DNA from: an uncultured beta proteobacterium
Lineage (GTDB): Bacteria; Pseudomonadota; Gammaproteobacteria; Burkholderiales; Burkholderiaceae_D
Assembly (NCBI GenBank): GCA_942492925.1
Contig: OW818641.1
Coordinates: 480,461 to 544,460 of the forward strand
Length of the DNA: 64,000 nucleotides
Direction: 5' to 3'
Shown one piece after another: positions 50,892 through 60,553 of this stretch (positions are counted from its first letter, which is position 1; every line of letters starts with the position of its first letter). The notes under the pieces were generated by a model, which was not told the origin of the DNA, made no database searches, and saw nothing but the letters and a program-made list of their open reading frames with translations. A program made the translations under genes and the position numbers.

Positions 50892-52140
50892 GCGTGTCGG
50901 CAACGAGCCAGACAAAATTCAGATGGGTAACTGCGCCCACCATCACGAAGATCGTCCACAGAATCCGGTAGGGCTTTTCGACGGCCGACCCAATCAGATA
51001 CTCCCAGCATTTTTCGCCGTAATAGGCCCAGCCGAGGATAGTGGTGTAGGCGAACAGCGAGAGCGAAATCGCAAGAATGTATTGACCAAAACCTGGCAGG
51101 GCGGTTTCAAAGGCGCTGGAACTCAGTGCCGCGCCGTTTGCGCCGCTGTTCCAGACGCCGGTGACGATCACGACCAACCCGGTCATCGTACACACGATGA
51201 GCGTATCGATGAAGGTACCCATCATCCCGATCAAGCCGGACTCGACGGAACTCTTTGTCATCCCGGCAGCTTGCGCAATGCCGGCCGTGCCCAGGCCTGC
51301 TTCGTTTGAAAACACGCCGCGCGCAACGCCGTAGCGCATCGCCAGCAAGACAGCTGCGCCGGAGAAGCCGCCGGTTGCTGCCGCAGGCGTGAAAGCATGA
51401 CTGAGGACAAGCGCGATGGCATCCGGAATGCGATCGAAATACAGACCGAAGATCACAAAGGACACGACCACATACAGCGCGCACATGAAGGGGACGAGTT
51501 TTTCGGCAACCGAGCCAATGCGCCGAATGCCGCCCAGCAGGACGAGGCCAGTCAAAATCATCATGATCAGGCCGGAAAGCCAGGGGCTGACGCCGAACGT
51601 GACATTCAATACGTCAGCAATGCCATTGGCTTGCACCATGTTGCCGATGCCAAAGCCGGCGAGTCCGCCAAAGAGGGCAAACAGGGTGCCGAGCCAGCGC
51701 CAGTGTTTGCTCAGACCATTCTTGATGGCGAACATCGGTCCGCCGACTTGTTCGCCTTTGTCGTCCGTTTCGCGATAGTGCACCGCCAGCACGACTTCGG
51801 CGTATTTGGTAGCCATGCCGACGAGTGCGGTCATCCACATCCAGAACAGCGCGCCCGGACCACCGACGGCGATGGCTGTCGCCACGCCGACGATATTGCC
51901 GGTGCCAACCGTGGCGGCCAGCGCCGTCATCAGAGCCGCGAAAGGCGTGATTTCACCTTTCGCACCCGATTCGGCATGACGGCCTTTCCAGATCATGCGG
52001 AACCCGGTGCCGATGCGGAAGATGGGCATGAGTTTGAGGCGCACTTGAAGAAAGAAGCCGGTGCCGAGAATCAGCACGAGCATGGGCGGCCCCCAGACGA
52101 TGTCATTGATGGCAGAAACGATACGAACGATGAATTCCAT
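50788..52140 (-). CDS. Alanine/glycine:cation symporter (AGCS family)
   Basis: 450 aa starting MEFIVRIVSAINDIVWGPPMLVLILGTG.F... with ...GEITPF.AL.TALAATVGTGNI.GVATAI..GGPGA.FWMW. Confidence 0.92.
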   Translation of the reverse strand: MEFIVRIVSAINDIVWGPPMLVLILGTGFFLQVRLKLMPIFRIGTGFRMIWKGRHAESGAKGEITPFAALMTALAATVGTGNIVGVATAIAVGGPGALFWMWMTALVGMATKYAEVVLAVHYRETDDKGEQVGGPMFAIKNGLSKHWRWLGTLFALFGGLAGFGIGNMVQANGIADVLNVTFGVSPWLSGLIMMILTGLVLLGGIRRIGSVAEKLVPFMCALYVVVSFVIFGLYFDRIPDAIALVLSHAFTPAAATGGFSGAAVLLAMRYGVARGVFSNEAGLGTAGIAQAAGMTKSSVESGLIGMMGTFIDTLIVCTMTGLVVIVTGVWNSGANGAALSSSAFETALPGFGQYILAISLSLFAYTTILGWAYYGEKCWEYLIGSAVEKPYRILWTIFVMVGAVTHLNFVWLVADTLNALMAIPNLISLLLLAPVVSKLTKAYFEQHPRP

Positions 52141-52396
52141 GAGGGCCCTGGTTAAGCAAAAAAATGCAGTAAGAAATTGAAAGAAAGCGCGCTGTGGCTT
52201 TCAGAGGCAAATCATTTCGAAAGCGCCCATTATACGGATCTAGGATGGCGGATTGCCATGAAAACAGACGTGATGAAATGGCAATAAGTGAAAAGACAAC
52301 GGATGGTTTTTGAGAGGCGCAAGCGTATAATCGAAGGTTTTGTTCTCTTGTGCTTTGCGAGCACATCCACTTGTCCGATCTGTAAGAGCCTCCGAA

Positions 52397-53407
52397 ATGC
52401 TAGTTCACCCCATGCCCGATCCGGTTGCGATCGCGATCGGCCCGTTGTCGTTGCATTGGTACGGTTTGATGTATGTGGCGGCGTTCGCGCAATTCATTTG
52501 GCTCGGCAAAATGCGCTTGAAGCAGCCGCACATGGTTGCCATGAAATGGAAGCTGGAAGATCTGGATTCCATCGTGTTTTACGGCGTATGGGGCGTGTTC
52601 GTCGGTGCCCGGTTGGGTGAAGTGATTTTTTATCACCCGATGTATTTTCTGGCGCACCCACTGGAGATTTTCGCTGTCTGGCAAGGTGGCATGTCGTTCC
52701 ACGGCGGTTTTCTCGGTGTGGTGGTGGCGATGTGCTTGTGGGGACGCAAGCATGGCCGGCATCCGCTGGATGCGCTGGATTTCATCGCACCGATGGTGCC
52801 GCTGGGCCACGCGTTTGGACGCATTGGCAATTTCATCAATGCAGAATTGCATGGTCGTGTGGCGGACGCGTCCTTGCCGTGGGCGATGATTTTCCCCAAC
52901 GTGGATAATTTGCCTCGCCACCCTTCGCCGCTGTACCAGGCGCTAGTCGATGGGCTGTTGTTCTTCGTGCTGCTGTGGCTGTTTTCGCGCCAGGCCCGCC
53001 CACGCTGGAGCGTGTGCGGGATGTTCGTCTTGCTGTACGGCTGCGCGCGTTTTATTACGGAATATTTTCGCGAGCCGGATTACCTCGTTTCGTTTGCAGG
53101 GATGTCGGTTTCGGCAGGCCAAATGCTGTCGGTCCCGATGGTGATGGCAAGCGGCGTCTTTTTCTGGGTGGCGTACAAAAAATTCGGATACGTCAAAATT
53201 GAGGCGACGCGTCCCGAAGGCACGATTGCGGCCCAACCGGCGGAGTCATACGACTTTCGGAGCATGGCCCAGGAACGCGGCATGCGCGCGATGCACTGGA
53301 TGACCGGCCATGTATTGGCGACGATCGTGATCGTCACGCTCAGTGTGTTGCTGGGGTATGTGACATATGATTTGTTGCATGACATCTTGTCTGAGATGTG
53401 GCATTAA
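52397..53407 (+). CDS. lgt: Prolipoprotein diacylglyceryl transferase with a C-terminal extension of about 70 aa
   Basis: It has ...GPLSLHWYGLMY... and ...GGMSFHGGFLG...FGRIGNFINAELHGR... motifs. The C-terminal extension contains one further hydrophobic segment (HVLATIVIVTLSVLLGYV). Confidence 0.9.
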   Translation: MLVHPMPDPVAIAIGPLSLHWYGLMYVAAFAQFIWLGKMRLKQPHMVAMKWKLEDLDSIVFYGVWGVFVGARLGEVIFYHPMYFLAHPLEIFAVWQGGMSFHGGFLGVVVAMCLWGRKHGRHPLDALDFIAPMVPLGHAFGRIGNFINAELHGRVADASLPWAMIFPNVDNLPRHPSPLYQALVDGLLFFVLLWLFSRQARPRWSVCGMFVLLYGCARFITEYFREPDYLVSFAGMSVSAGQMLSVPMVMASGVFFWVAYKKFGYVKIEATRPEGTIAAQPAESYDFRSMAQERGMRAMHWMTGHVLATIVIVTLSVLLGYVTYDLLHDILSEMWH

Positions 53408-53491
53408 CAGGCCGTCGCGTACATCCTGCGTTGACTTGTTACGCCATCCTCCCGTAAATTAGATCCCAAAAGAAAATCAAGAGAGGGGTCC

Positions 53492-54628
53492 ATGAAACAG
53501 CTTAACCTTGGCGCGCCAACCATTTACACAGGAAGCGGATCGCTGGCTGCCCTGCGCAATATTCCCGCAACGCGCGTGTTCGTCGTTACAGGCGGATCGT
53601 CCATGTTCAAAAACGGGGCGATCGACGCCGTGCAAACTTTATTCTCAAAAAAAGGATGCGCGGTTTACGTTCATTCCGGCATCCGGAAAAACCCGGACAC
53701 GCACGCGGTCATCGCGGGGCTGGACAAAATGCGCAGCTTTGCGCCGGATGTGGTCGTCGCGATTGGCGGCGGTTCCCCTCTCGATGCGGCCAAAGTCATG
53801 ATGCTGCTCTACGAGCACCCGCATCTCGCGCTCGATACCCTTCCGCGCACGCCGCTGCCGCAAGCGCGCGGGAAGGTGACATTCGTGGCGGTGCCGTCAA
53901 CGTCCGGAACCGGGAGCGAAGTGAGCCGATCCGCCGTAGTGACGTATGCGGAACAGCAGTTGAAGGTTGCTTTTCGCACGCCCTACTTCATCCCGGATGT
54001 GGCCATTCTGGATCCCGATTTGACGATGAGCATGCCTGCCGATCTGGTGGCGGAAACCGGCATGGATGCCATGACGCATGCGATTGAAAGTTATCTCAAT
54101 CCGAATGCCGACGAATTCACCCGAACGCTATCGATCGGTGCTATTGGCGGCTTGTTTGACTATCTGCCTGTGTCTTACCGGGATAGCACGCCGGAGAGTC
54201 GGGCGAAGGTGCATGCGTATCAAAGCATGGCGGGCATCGCTTTTGCCAACTCGGGCTTGGGGATGGTGCATGGCATCGCCCATGCGCTCGGCGGACAGTA
54301 CGACATGGGGCACGGATTGCTCAACGCGATTGTCTTGCCTTACGCCTTGCAGTTTGATGTGGCGCACGACCCAGGCGTGCAGGTGCAACTGGATGGGCTG
54401 GCTCGTCAAGTGGGGAAGCACGATTTGATTCAAGCGCTCTTTGATTTGAACCAGGCATTGCAGATTCCGGGCAGCTTGCGTGAAGCCGGCGTCGCGGCCG
54501 AGCAATTTGAGCGCGACCTGGATCACTTGACGGTCAATGCCCTCAAGGGTCCGACCGCTTCCAACCCGGTCCCCATCACGCCCTCACAAATGACTGGGCT
54601 GTTGCGCCGTGTGTTTGCAGGCAAATGA
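53492..54628 (+). CDS. Iron-containing (group III) alcohol dehydrogenase
   Basis: 378 aa with the GGGSPLDAAK motif and metal-binding His residues in ...DAMTHAIE... and ...GMVHGIAHALGG. Confidence 0.88.
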   Translation: MKQLNLGAPTIYTGSGSLAALRNIPATRVFVVTGGSSMFKNGAIDAVQTLFSKKGCAVYVHSGIRKNPDTHAVIAGLDKMRSFAPDVVVAIGGGSPLDAAKVMMLLYEHPHLALDTLPRTPLPQARGKVTFVAVPSTSGTGSEVSRSAVVTYAEQQLKVAFRTPYFIPDVAILDPDLTMSMPADLVAETGMDAMTHAIESYLNPNADEFTRTLSIGAIGGLFDYLPVSYRDSTPESRAKVHAYQSMAGIAFANSGLGMVHGIAHALGGQYDMGHGLLNAIVLPYALQFDVAHDPGVQVQLDGLARQVGKHDLIQALFDLNQALQIPGSLREAGVAAEQFERDLDHLTVNALKGPTASNPVPITPSQMTGLLRRVFAGK

Positions 54629-54634
54629 ATCGAA

Positions 54635-54817
54635 TCAGGAAGGCGTGGCGGATGTTTCGCCATGCCCCATGCTGTCCAGATAAATTTTTCTAAGCAGCAG
54701 TTCAAGCGCCCTTTGCTTGGTCGAAAAAGACGGAGTGCGCAAGAAAAAATTCACCGCCTCCTCCACTTCATTGGAGGGATTCGTGCCGCCCGGCATTTCT
54801 GGTGAAGTCTTGTTCAT
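54635..54817 (-). CDS. Small hypothetical protein of 60 aa
   Basis: The ATG at 54817 is preceded at optimal spacing by AAGGAGG. The product is MNKTSPEMPGGTNPSNEVEEAVNFFLRT...KQRALELLLRKIYLD.... I cannot name a family with confidence. Confidence 0.55.
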   Translation of the reverse strand: MNKTSPEMPGGTNPSNEVEEAVNFFLRTPSFSTKQRALELLLRKIYLDSMGHGETSATPS

Positions 54818-55191
54818 GCGTTCCTCCTTGTGTTGGATTTCGTTCTCCCACGTCCTCGCGCCGATTTTTTCAGCGCCCTGTTCCATGTGGGCCAAATTCA
54901 GTGAGATTGTCGATAAGGATGCTGCCGTCCATTCATGACGGCTTCATGACAGAAACGATAGGCGCTGCCATGACCATTCTGAGACGCAATTGCCATGCCC
55001 GCCACAAATGGCGCATCAGGTGGGGGCATGACTTGGGGGTGCGTCAACAATAAAAGTTGTGACTATTAAGCTGAATACGGATAGCGCACAGTCTTGGTGC
55101 AGCCCAGAGGCAGGCTTGCGCGGGGATTCGAAAAAGTTAAAAAGCAGGGGCGCAAATACGCACCACATCGAGGCATGAAAATAATTTCCGT

Positions 55192-57546
55192 GTGGCATGG
55201 ATGTTGCTGAATAAGGGGCATAAGAAGCATAAGAAGGTGAAAAGCGTGGGAGTCCCTGTCATGCCTAGAAATTGTGATTTGCAGTCCAGTCATGTTGCGC
55301 GTGAAATCGCAACGTCGAAAAAGCTAAAGTCTGTGTTGGAACAATCCCTTCGTGTGGATCCGACTGAGGAAGCGGCATCGTTTGGCCGATGGTGGCTGGA
55401 TATCGAAACCGGGGCGCTGGTCTTGTCCGCGCTGGCCGGACGATACCTTGATGTTGCCCCGGGCCTGTATCGCAATCATGAGCGTTGCTTCTCGCAAGTA
55501 TTGCCCGATGATGCATGGACACTGACGAACGCGTTCAATTTATTGAAGCAGTCCGGGGTTGCGATGGATTGCGAAATCAGGGTGATCGATGCCATCGACG
55601 GTATGCGCTGGTTGCGTATGGCATCGCTTCCCATCATCCTTGAATCGAAAGGGATGATAGCGGGGGTGGTGATCAACGTCACGGCTACGCAACAGGCCAG
55701 CGTTCGCGAACGGCTGGGGTTCGCATCCACGCAAATTCTGGTCGGAGCGACCACCGAGTCAGAAGCGATTACCGAAGTGATCCGGGTCGTGTGCGAAAAC
55801 CTTGGGTGGGAATGGGGCGCCTATTGGGAAAAGAAAAACGAGCCAGGTGCGCCCGTGTCTCTGGTGTGCAAGCACTTCTGGCACGATCCGGCGTATGGCT
55901 TGAACGCCTTCACACGAGAAAGCCGCGAACTTCAAATCCTGCCGGGAGAAGGCGTGATTGGACGTGTCTGGCGCACAGGATGCGCCGAATGGGTTGAAAG
56001 CCTGTCCAGTCCTCATGACTGTCTCCGTCACAAAGGCGTCGTCGAATGCGGCCTGAAATCCGGGTATGCCTTCCCCGTGAGTTTTGTGAACAGCGAAGGC
56101 GTGCGCCACGTTTCAGGTGTTCTGGAGTTTTGCAGCAGTTTGCCGCGTCAGCGCGAAGCGCAGTTGCCGACTTTGTCCAGAGCCATCGGGGAGTTGGTGG
56201 CGCAAGCCATGCAAAGAATCGAGCAAACCGAAACGATTCAGCGCATGGCACGCACAGATGAAATGACCGGCTTGATCAATCGACGGCACTTCTACCATCT
56301 TGTCGGGCAAGCCTGCCAGGACGCTGAATCGAGAGAGACATCATTTGGCGTTTTGTATATCGACCTAGATCGGTTCAAACCCATCAATGACGCCTATGGA
56401 CATGATGTCGGCAATTTTCTGCTGATTGAGTTTGCAAAAAGGCTGTGTGCATTGGTGCCTGCGGGCGCTTGCGTTGGGCGACTCGGCGGCGATGAATTCG
56501 CTATTTTGTCGCCATTGAATGCCTCCTTAACCATGCTTAAAGCATTGGCCGAGAAGGTGCTCAATGCTGCTGGCGCGGCGTTTCAGCATCGCGGCGTAGA
56601 ACTATCAGTGTCAGCCAGCATTGGCATCAGCGTCTATCCCGAAAACGGCACAACGACGTCGGAACTGTTGCGCAGTTCCGATACGGCGATGTATCGCAGC
56701 AAAAACATGGGCGGCAATCTCAACTGTTTTTATTCAGGCATGATGCAGTTTGATCGCACGGCCATGATTCAGCAACTGACGATTGAATCGGCATTGCATC
56801 GCGCCTTGCTGAAGAATGAATTTTTTCTGGAATACCAGCCCGTGCTGGATAGCTTCGCAGAGAAAATCGTGGCGGTTGAAGCCCTCATTCGCTGGCGCCG
56901 CTCGGGAGGAGAAATTGTTCGGCCGGACGTGTTCATTCCGATTGCGGAGCAAAGTCATCTTATTGTGCAAATCGGGCGGTGGGTGCTGAAACAGGCTTGT
57001 CATGATTTGGCGATTTTTCATCGCGCAGGGCTGGCGGAGCTTCAGGTCAACATCAATATGGCTGTTGCAGAATTTACCCACGCTGGTTTGCCGACGCGAT
57101 TAATGGAGGTGATCAATGCGGCTGGGATTGTACCCAGCAATGTTTGCCTGGAACTGACAGAAGGCATGGTGATGCAGCACGCCGATGACGTCATTCCGAT
57201 CATGGAGCATTTGCGCAAATTGGGATTCCATATCAGTCTCGACGACTTTGGCATGGGCCATTCATCATTGTCAAGATTAAAGGCGCTCCCCATTTCCTCG
57301 ATAAAAATTGATCGATCATTTGTGCGCGGCGTGCCGTCCGTCGCAGATGATTGCGCCATTGTCCAAACGCTGTTCGATCTCGGCCACCGCATGAAATTGC
57401 AAATTGTCGCCGAAGGCGTCGAGACGGAGCAGCAACTGGCGTACTTGCGGCAGTACGGCTATCCCCTGATGCAGGGGTATTTGCTCGGGAGGCCGATGTC
57501 TGCCCAAGCGCTTATCCAACAATACCAACCCCTCGCCAGCTTGTGA
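55192..57546 (+). CDS. PAS-GAF-GGDEF-EAL multidomain c-di-GMP turnover protein
   Basis: The GGDEF region has DEMTGLINRRHF...RLGGDEFAIL. The EAL region has ...VEALIRW..., ELTEG and DDFGMGHSSLSRL..LPISSIKIDRSF. A GAF-like segment (GEGVIGRVWRTG...) sits between PAS and GGDEF. The start is uncertain: GTG 55192, ATG 55201 or ATG 55261. Confidence 0.9.
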   Translation: MAWMLLNKGHKKHKKVKSVGVPVMPRNCDLQSSHVAREIATSKKLKSVLEQSLRVDPTEEAASFGRWWLDIETGALVLSALAGRYLDVAPGLYRNHERCFSQVLPDDAWTLTNAFNLLKQSGVAMDCEIRVIDAIDGMRWLRMASLPIILESKGMIAGVVINVTATQQASVRERLGFASTQILVGATTESEAITEVIRVVCENLGWEWGAYWEKKNEPGAPVSLVCKHFWHDPAYGLNAFTRESRELQILPGEGVIGRVWRTGCAEWVESLSSPHDCLRHKGVVECGLKSGYAFPVSFVNSEGVRHVSGVLEFCSSLPRQREAQLPTLSRAIGELVAQAMQRIEQTETIQRMARTDEMTGLINRRHFYHLVGQACQDAESRETSFGVLYIDLDRFKPINDAYGHDVGNFLLIEFAKRLCALVPAGACVGRLGGDEFAILSPLNASLTMLKALAEKVLNAAGAAFQHRGVELSVSASIGISVYPENGTTTSELLRSSDTAMYRSKNMGGNLNCFYSGMMQFDRTAMIQQLTIESALHRALLKNEFFLEYQPVLDSFAEKIVAVEALIRWRRSGGEIVRPDVFIPIAEQSHLIVQIGRWVLKQACHDLAIFHRAGLAELQVNINMAVAEFTHAGLPTRLMEVINAAGIVPSNVCLELTEGMVMQHADDVIPIMEHLRKLGFHISLDDFGMGHSSLSRLKALPISSIKIDRSFVRGVPSVADDCAIVQTLFDLGHRMKLQIVAEGVETEQQLAYLRQYGYPLMQGYLLGRPMSAQALIQQYQPLASL

Positions 57547-57607
57547 TCCGATGAATCAGACAGACCTGGACGCAATCGCGATTGTATAAAACCCTTCAAC
57601 AAACCGA

Positions 57608-60166
57608 GTGAACAACATGAATGCTGCAACGACGCTCAATCTCGACAAATTTTTACCCCACATGCGCGATGTCACGCGATGCGAGCAATCGCTGCGCGAA
57701 CTGAATTTAACCTGGAGAATGATTGAATCGTCTGCCAAAATGAATTGCCCGGTTGAGGCGCGGGCCATCATCCCGACGATGTCGGCGACCCGTGAAGGAT
57801 TCGATCATCTTGAAAAGGATTTGGTGTCCAGCCTGGTGCGCGAAAAAGTGGCGAATGTGCTGGCCGAGATGGGCACCAAGGCGCAAAACGTGGTCGATAT
57901 TGTGGTGCGAAACCTCTATGAAAGAACGGCAGACGTTGGCTTTCTGGCGACGGATCGCGAGTTGTGCGCCTACGTGGCAGGCTTGAGCGACGACGGAGAA
58001 TCCGTTCGGCAGCGATTGCTGGCGTATCAAAGAAAGTACACGGTCTATGATGAAATCATGCTGCTGGATACGTCAGGCAGCGTGCTCATGCAGATTGACA
58101 GTTACATGCAAGTGGAAGGCAGCAGGGACCCGCTGATTGCGCAAACACTCGCTTCCGATAGTTATGTGGAAACTTTTCGGGCGAGCGACTTGCGTCCGAA
58201 GAAACGACAGGCGCTGATTTATTCGCGCAAGATGCATCACCCGGAAACCAATGACGTCATCGGCTTGTTATGTTTGAGTTTTAACTTTGAGCAGGAAATG
58301 GCCGATATTTATCGAACGCATCGCGATCCTGCCGAGCGATCCAACATGCTCTTGCTGGATGGAGATAATCGTGTCGTGGCCAGCGCCGATCCGCTCTGGA
58401 TACCGATTGGCGCTCACGTGCCGGTGAATCATGAAGCCAGCCCGGCTTTGCGGATGTTTGGCGGCCGCGAATACTTGGTGCGCACCTGTTATGCGGAAGG
58501 TTATCAGTCGTATATGGGGCCGCCGGGATGGCAAGGGCAAGTGATGGTGCCGGCCGAGGTGGCCTTTATCAGTGGCGGCAGCCATTCGCTCAGCCAGCTC
58601 GATCACGATATCGCAGATGGTTTGCTGTCGCACGCCAAGACGTTCTGTCCGCCGTTGTACGACATCATGCAGGCAGCCGATACAATACGTCGCGTGGTAT
58701 GGAATGGGCAGGTGATGACCGCCGGGCAATGTGGCGATTTGCTCAAACTGAAAACGATTCTGGATCAAATCAGCGAAACAGGGAATCGGAGCAATGCATT
58801 GTTTTCGCATTCCATTCAGGATTTATACGAGACCGTGCTGAGTGCCAGTTTGAATGACGTAGAATTCGCCGCGCACTTGCTGGTCGATTTGCTTGATCGG
58901 AATCTCTATGAGCGTGCGAACGATTGTCGCTGGTGGGCACTGACACCGGAATTGCGCGCAGCGCTGGCTGCGCCCGAGCAAGATACCCAAACGGTAGATC
59001 GCTTGAACCGTATCCTGGTCTACATCAACAGCTTGTACACAGTTTACGCGCGCCTGTTCGTGTATGACCGAAGCGGTCGCATTATCACCGGCACGCATCC
59101 AGATGATCGCAGCAATTCGGGAGGCGGCAGTCCGTCGATTGCCGGAGAATGCATCGATATGGAAACACTGGCACAGGTGCTGACGCTGACGACAGAGCAG
59201 GATTACCATGTGACGTCGTTCGGGCCGAGTCCGCTATATGACCATGCGCAGACCTACGTGTATCACGCTGCCATCCGGCATCCCGACCAGCCGTCGCATA
59301 TCGTCGGGGGTATCGGCATTGTTTTTGATGCTGCGCCCGAGTTCTCTGCCATGATTGCCGGTGGGCTGGGTGAGCGTACGGAAACGACAGGTTTTTTTGT
59401 GGATCGCGCAGGCCGTATCATTTCCAGCACGGACGAGAAACGTCCAGTTGGGACAATGCTGGACATCGATCCGTCGCTGCTCAAACTGGAGAGGGGAGAG
59501 AGCGCGGCGCGTATCGTGCTCCATGATGGGCACTACGCCATTATGGGGTGCAGCGCATCGAGTGGTTATCGGGAGTTCAAGGTAACAGATGGATATCAGG
59601 ATGATGTGCTGGCGGTCGTCTTCCGAACATTCGGAGAAATTCGCGTCAGTAATAGCAGTGGCTACACGCATACCCAAAATGGGACCTTGCTGATGAAAGA
59701 TCGTGCGCCGGCCCAAAACGGTGTCGAGTTTGCGACCTTTTACATCGATACGGACTTGTTCGCCATACCCGCTGAATATGTGACGGAAGCGTTTCCCGGC
59801 ACAAAGGTTACGCAGACGTCCATGAACGGCCGTCCAGAATGTATCGGCGTGTTAGCGTTGCCGCAGGAAGTCATTTGGGTATTCGATTTGGGATACCTGA
59901 TACGTGGCGCACGTTCGGCGCTCGATAGCAGAAGTCAGGTCATGGTGGTGCGGCATGGCGATCATACGATGGGCTTGCTGGTGAGCGATCTGCATGATGT
60001 GCCGGAATTCGCCCGGTCAATGATTGTAGCCACGCCGCTGGGGCAGATGAGTGAAAAAACGCTGGTGCCACAAGTGATCAAGGCCAACAACGGTGAACTG
60101 CTGATTCAGGTGATCGATATCGCTTGCTTGATCGATTTGCTGCTGACGCCGGTGGCGCAGGATTAA
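57608..60166 (+). CDS. Soluble sensor protein with two tandem Cache-like modules fused to a C-terminal CheW-like domain
   Basis: 852 aa. There is an internal duplication (NLYERTADVGFLATDRELCAY...YTVYDEIMLLDTSGSV and NLYERANDCRWWALTPELRAA...YTVYARLFVYDRSGRI). The C-terminal ~135 aa carry a CheW pattern (FATFYIDTDLFAIPAEYVTEA...GVLALPQEVIWVFDLGYLI...VMVVRHGDHTMGLLVSDLHDVPEF). No TM segment and no MCP signalling domain are present. The start is GTG 57608 or ATG 57617. Confidence 0.8.
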   Translation: MNNMNAATTLNLDKFLPHMRDVTRCEQSLRELNLTWRMIESSAKMNCPVEARAIIPTMSATREGFDHLEKDLVSSLVREKVANVLAEMGTKAQNVVDIVVRNLYERTADVGFLATDRELCAYVAGLSDDGESVRQRLLAYQRKYTVYDEIMLLDTSGSVLMQIDSYMQVEGSRDPLIAQTLASDSYVETFRASDLRPKKRQALIYSRKMHHPETNDVIGLLCLSFNFEQEMADIYRTHRDPAERSNMLLLDGDNRVVASADPLWIPIGAHVPVNHEASPALRMFGGREYLVRTCYAEGYQSYMGPPGWQGQVMVPAEVAFISGGSHSLSQLDHDIADGLLSHAKTFCPPLYDIMQAADTIRRVVWNGQVMTAGQCGDLLKLKTILDQISETGNRSNALFSHSIQDLYETVLSASLNDVEFAAHLLVDLLDRNLYERANDCRWWALTPELRAALAAPEQDTQTVDRLNRILVYINSLYTVYARLFVYDRSGRIITGTHPDDRSNSGGGSPSIAGECIDMETLAQVLTLTTEQDYHVTSFGPSPLYDHAQTYVYHAAIRHPDQPSHIVGGIGIVFDAAPEFSAMIAGGLGERTETTGFFVDRAGRIISSTDEKRPVGTMLDIDPSLLKLERGESAARIVLHDGHYAIMGCSASSGYREFKVTDGYQDDVLAVVFRTFGEIRVSNSSGYTHTQNGTLLMKDRAPAQNGVEFATFYIDTDLFAIPAEYVTEAFPGTKVTQTSMNGRPECIGVLALPQEVIWVFDLGYLIRGARSALDSRSQVMVVRHGDHTMGLLVSDLHDVPEFARSMIVATPLGQMSEKTLVPQVIKANNGELLIQVIDIACLIDLLLTPVAQD

Positions 60167-60256
60167 TGTTGAACTGCGTGCTGAAATTGTCGTGCGGTAA
60201 ACGCCATCGTCAGTTGGACGAGAGTGTTTGCCGCACGGTGATGCCAATCATCTGAA

Positions 60257-60421
60257 TCAGCGCAGGTTTACCAGACGACGCCACTCTTCGATGGAAATGC
60301 TATTTCGTTGTGCCGCTGGTTTTTCTGCGGCGGGGTCCAGCGTGCTGAGATAAACGGTTGCGCCAGCCATCAGGAAGGTGGTGGCCAGCAGGGCTGCGAG
60401 GGCGGCTTTTGCGTTCGTCAT
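60257..60421 (-). CDS. Small hydrophobic protein of 54 aa, hypothetical
   Basis: MTNAKAALAALLATTFLMAGATVYLS... has one TM or signal-like segment. It lies downstream of the kinase gene on the same strand. Coding status is uncertain. Confidence 0.4.
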   Translation of the reverse strand: MTNAKAALAALLATTFLMAGATVYLSTLDPAAEKPAAQRNSISIEEWRRLVNLR

Positions 60422-60553
60422 GATAAGGTCTCCCAAAAAATGTGCATGGAATGGCGCACACTTTATGTTGAGCAAAACCTGTGCCAACAAAAAATCTTGT
60501 GCAGGTGGTCGGGAGCAGCGGGAGCACAAACAGGCGACGAAAAACGACGGGAA

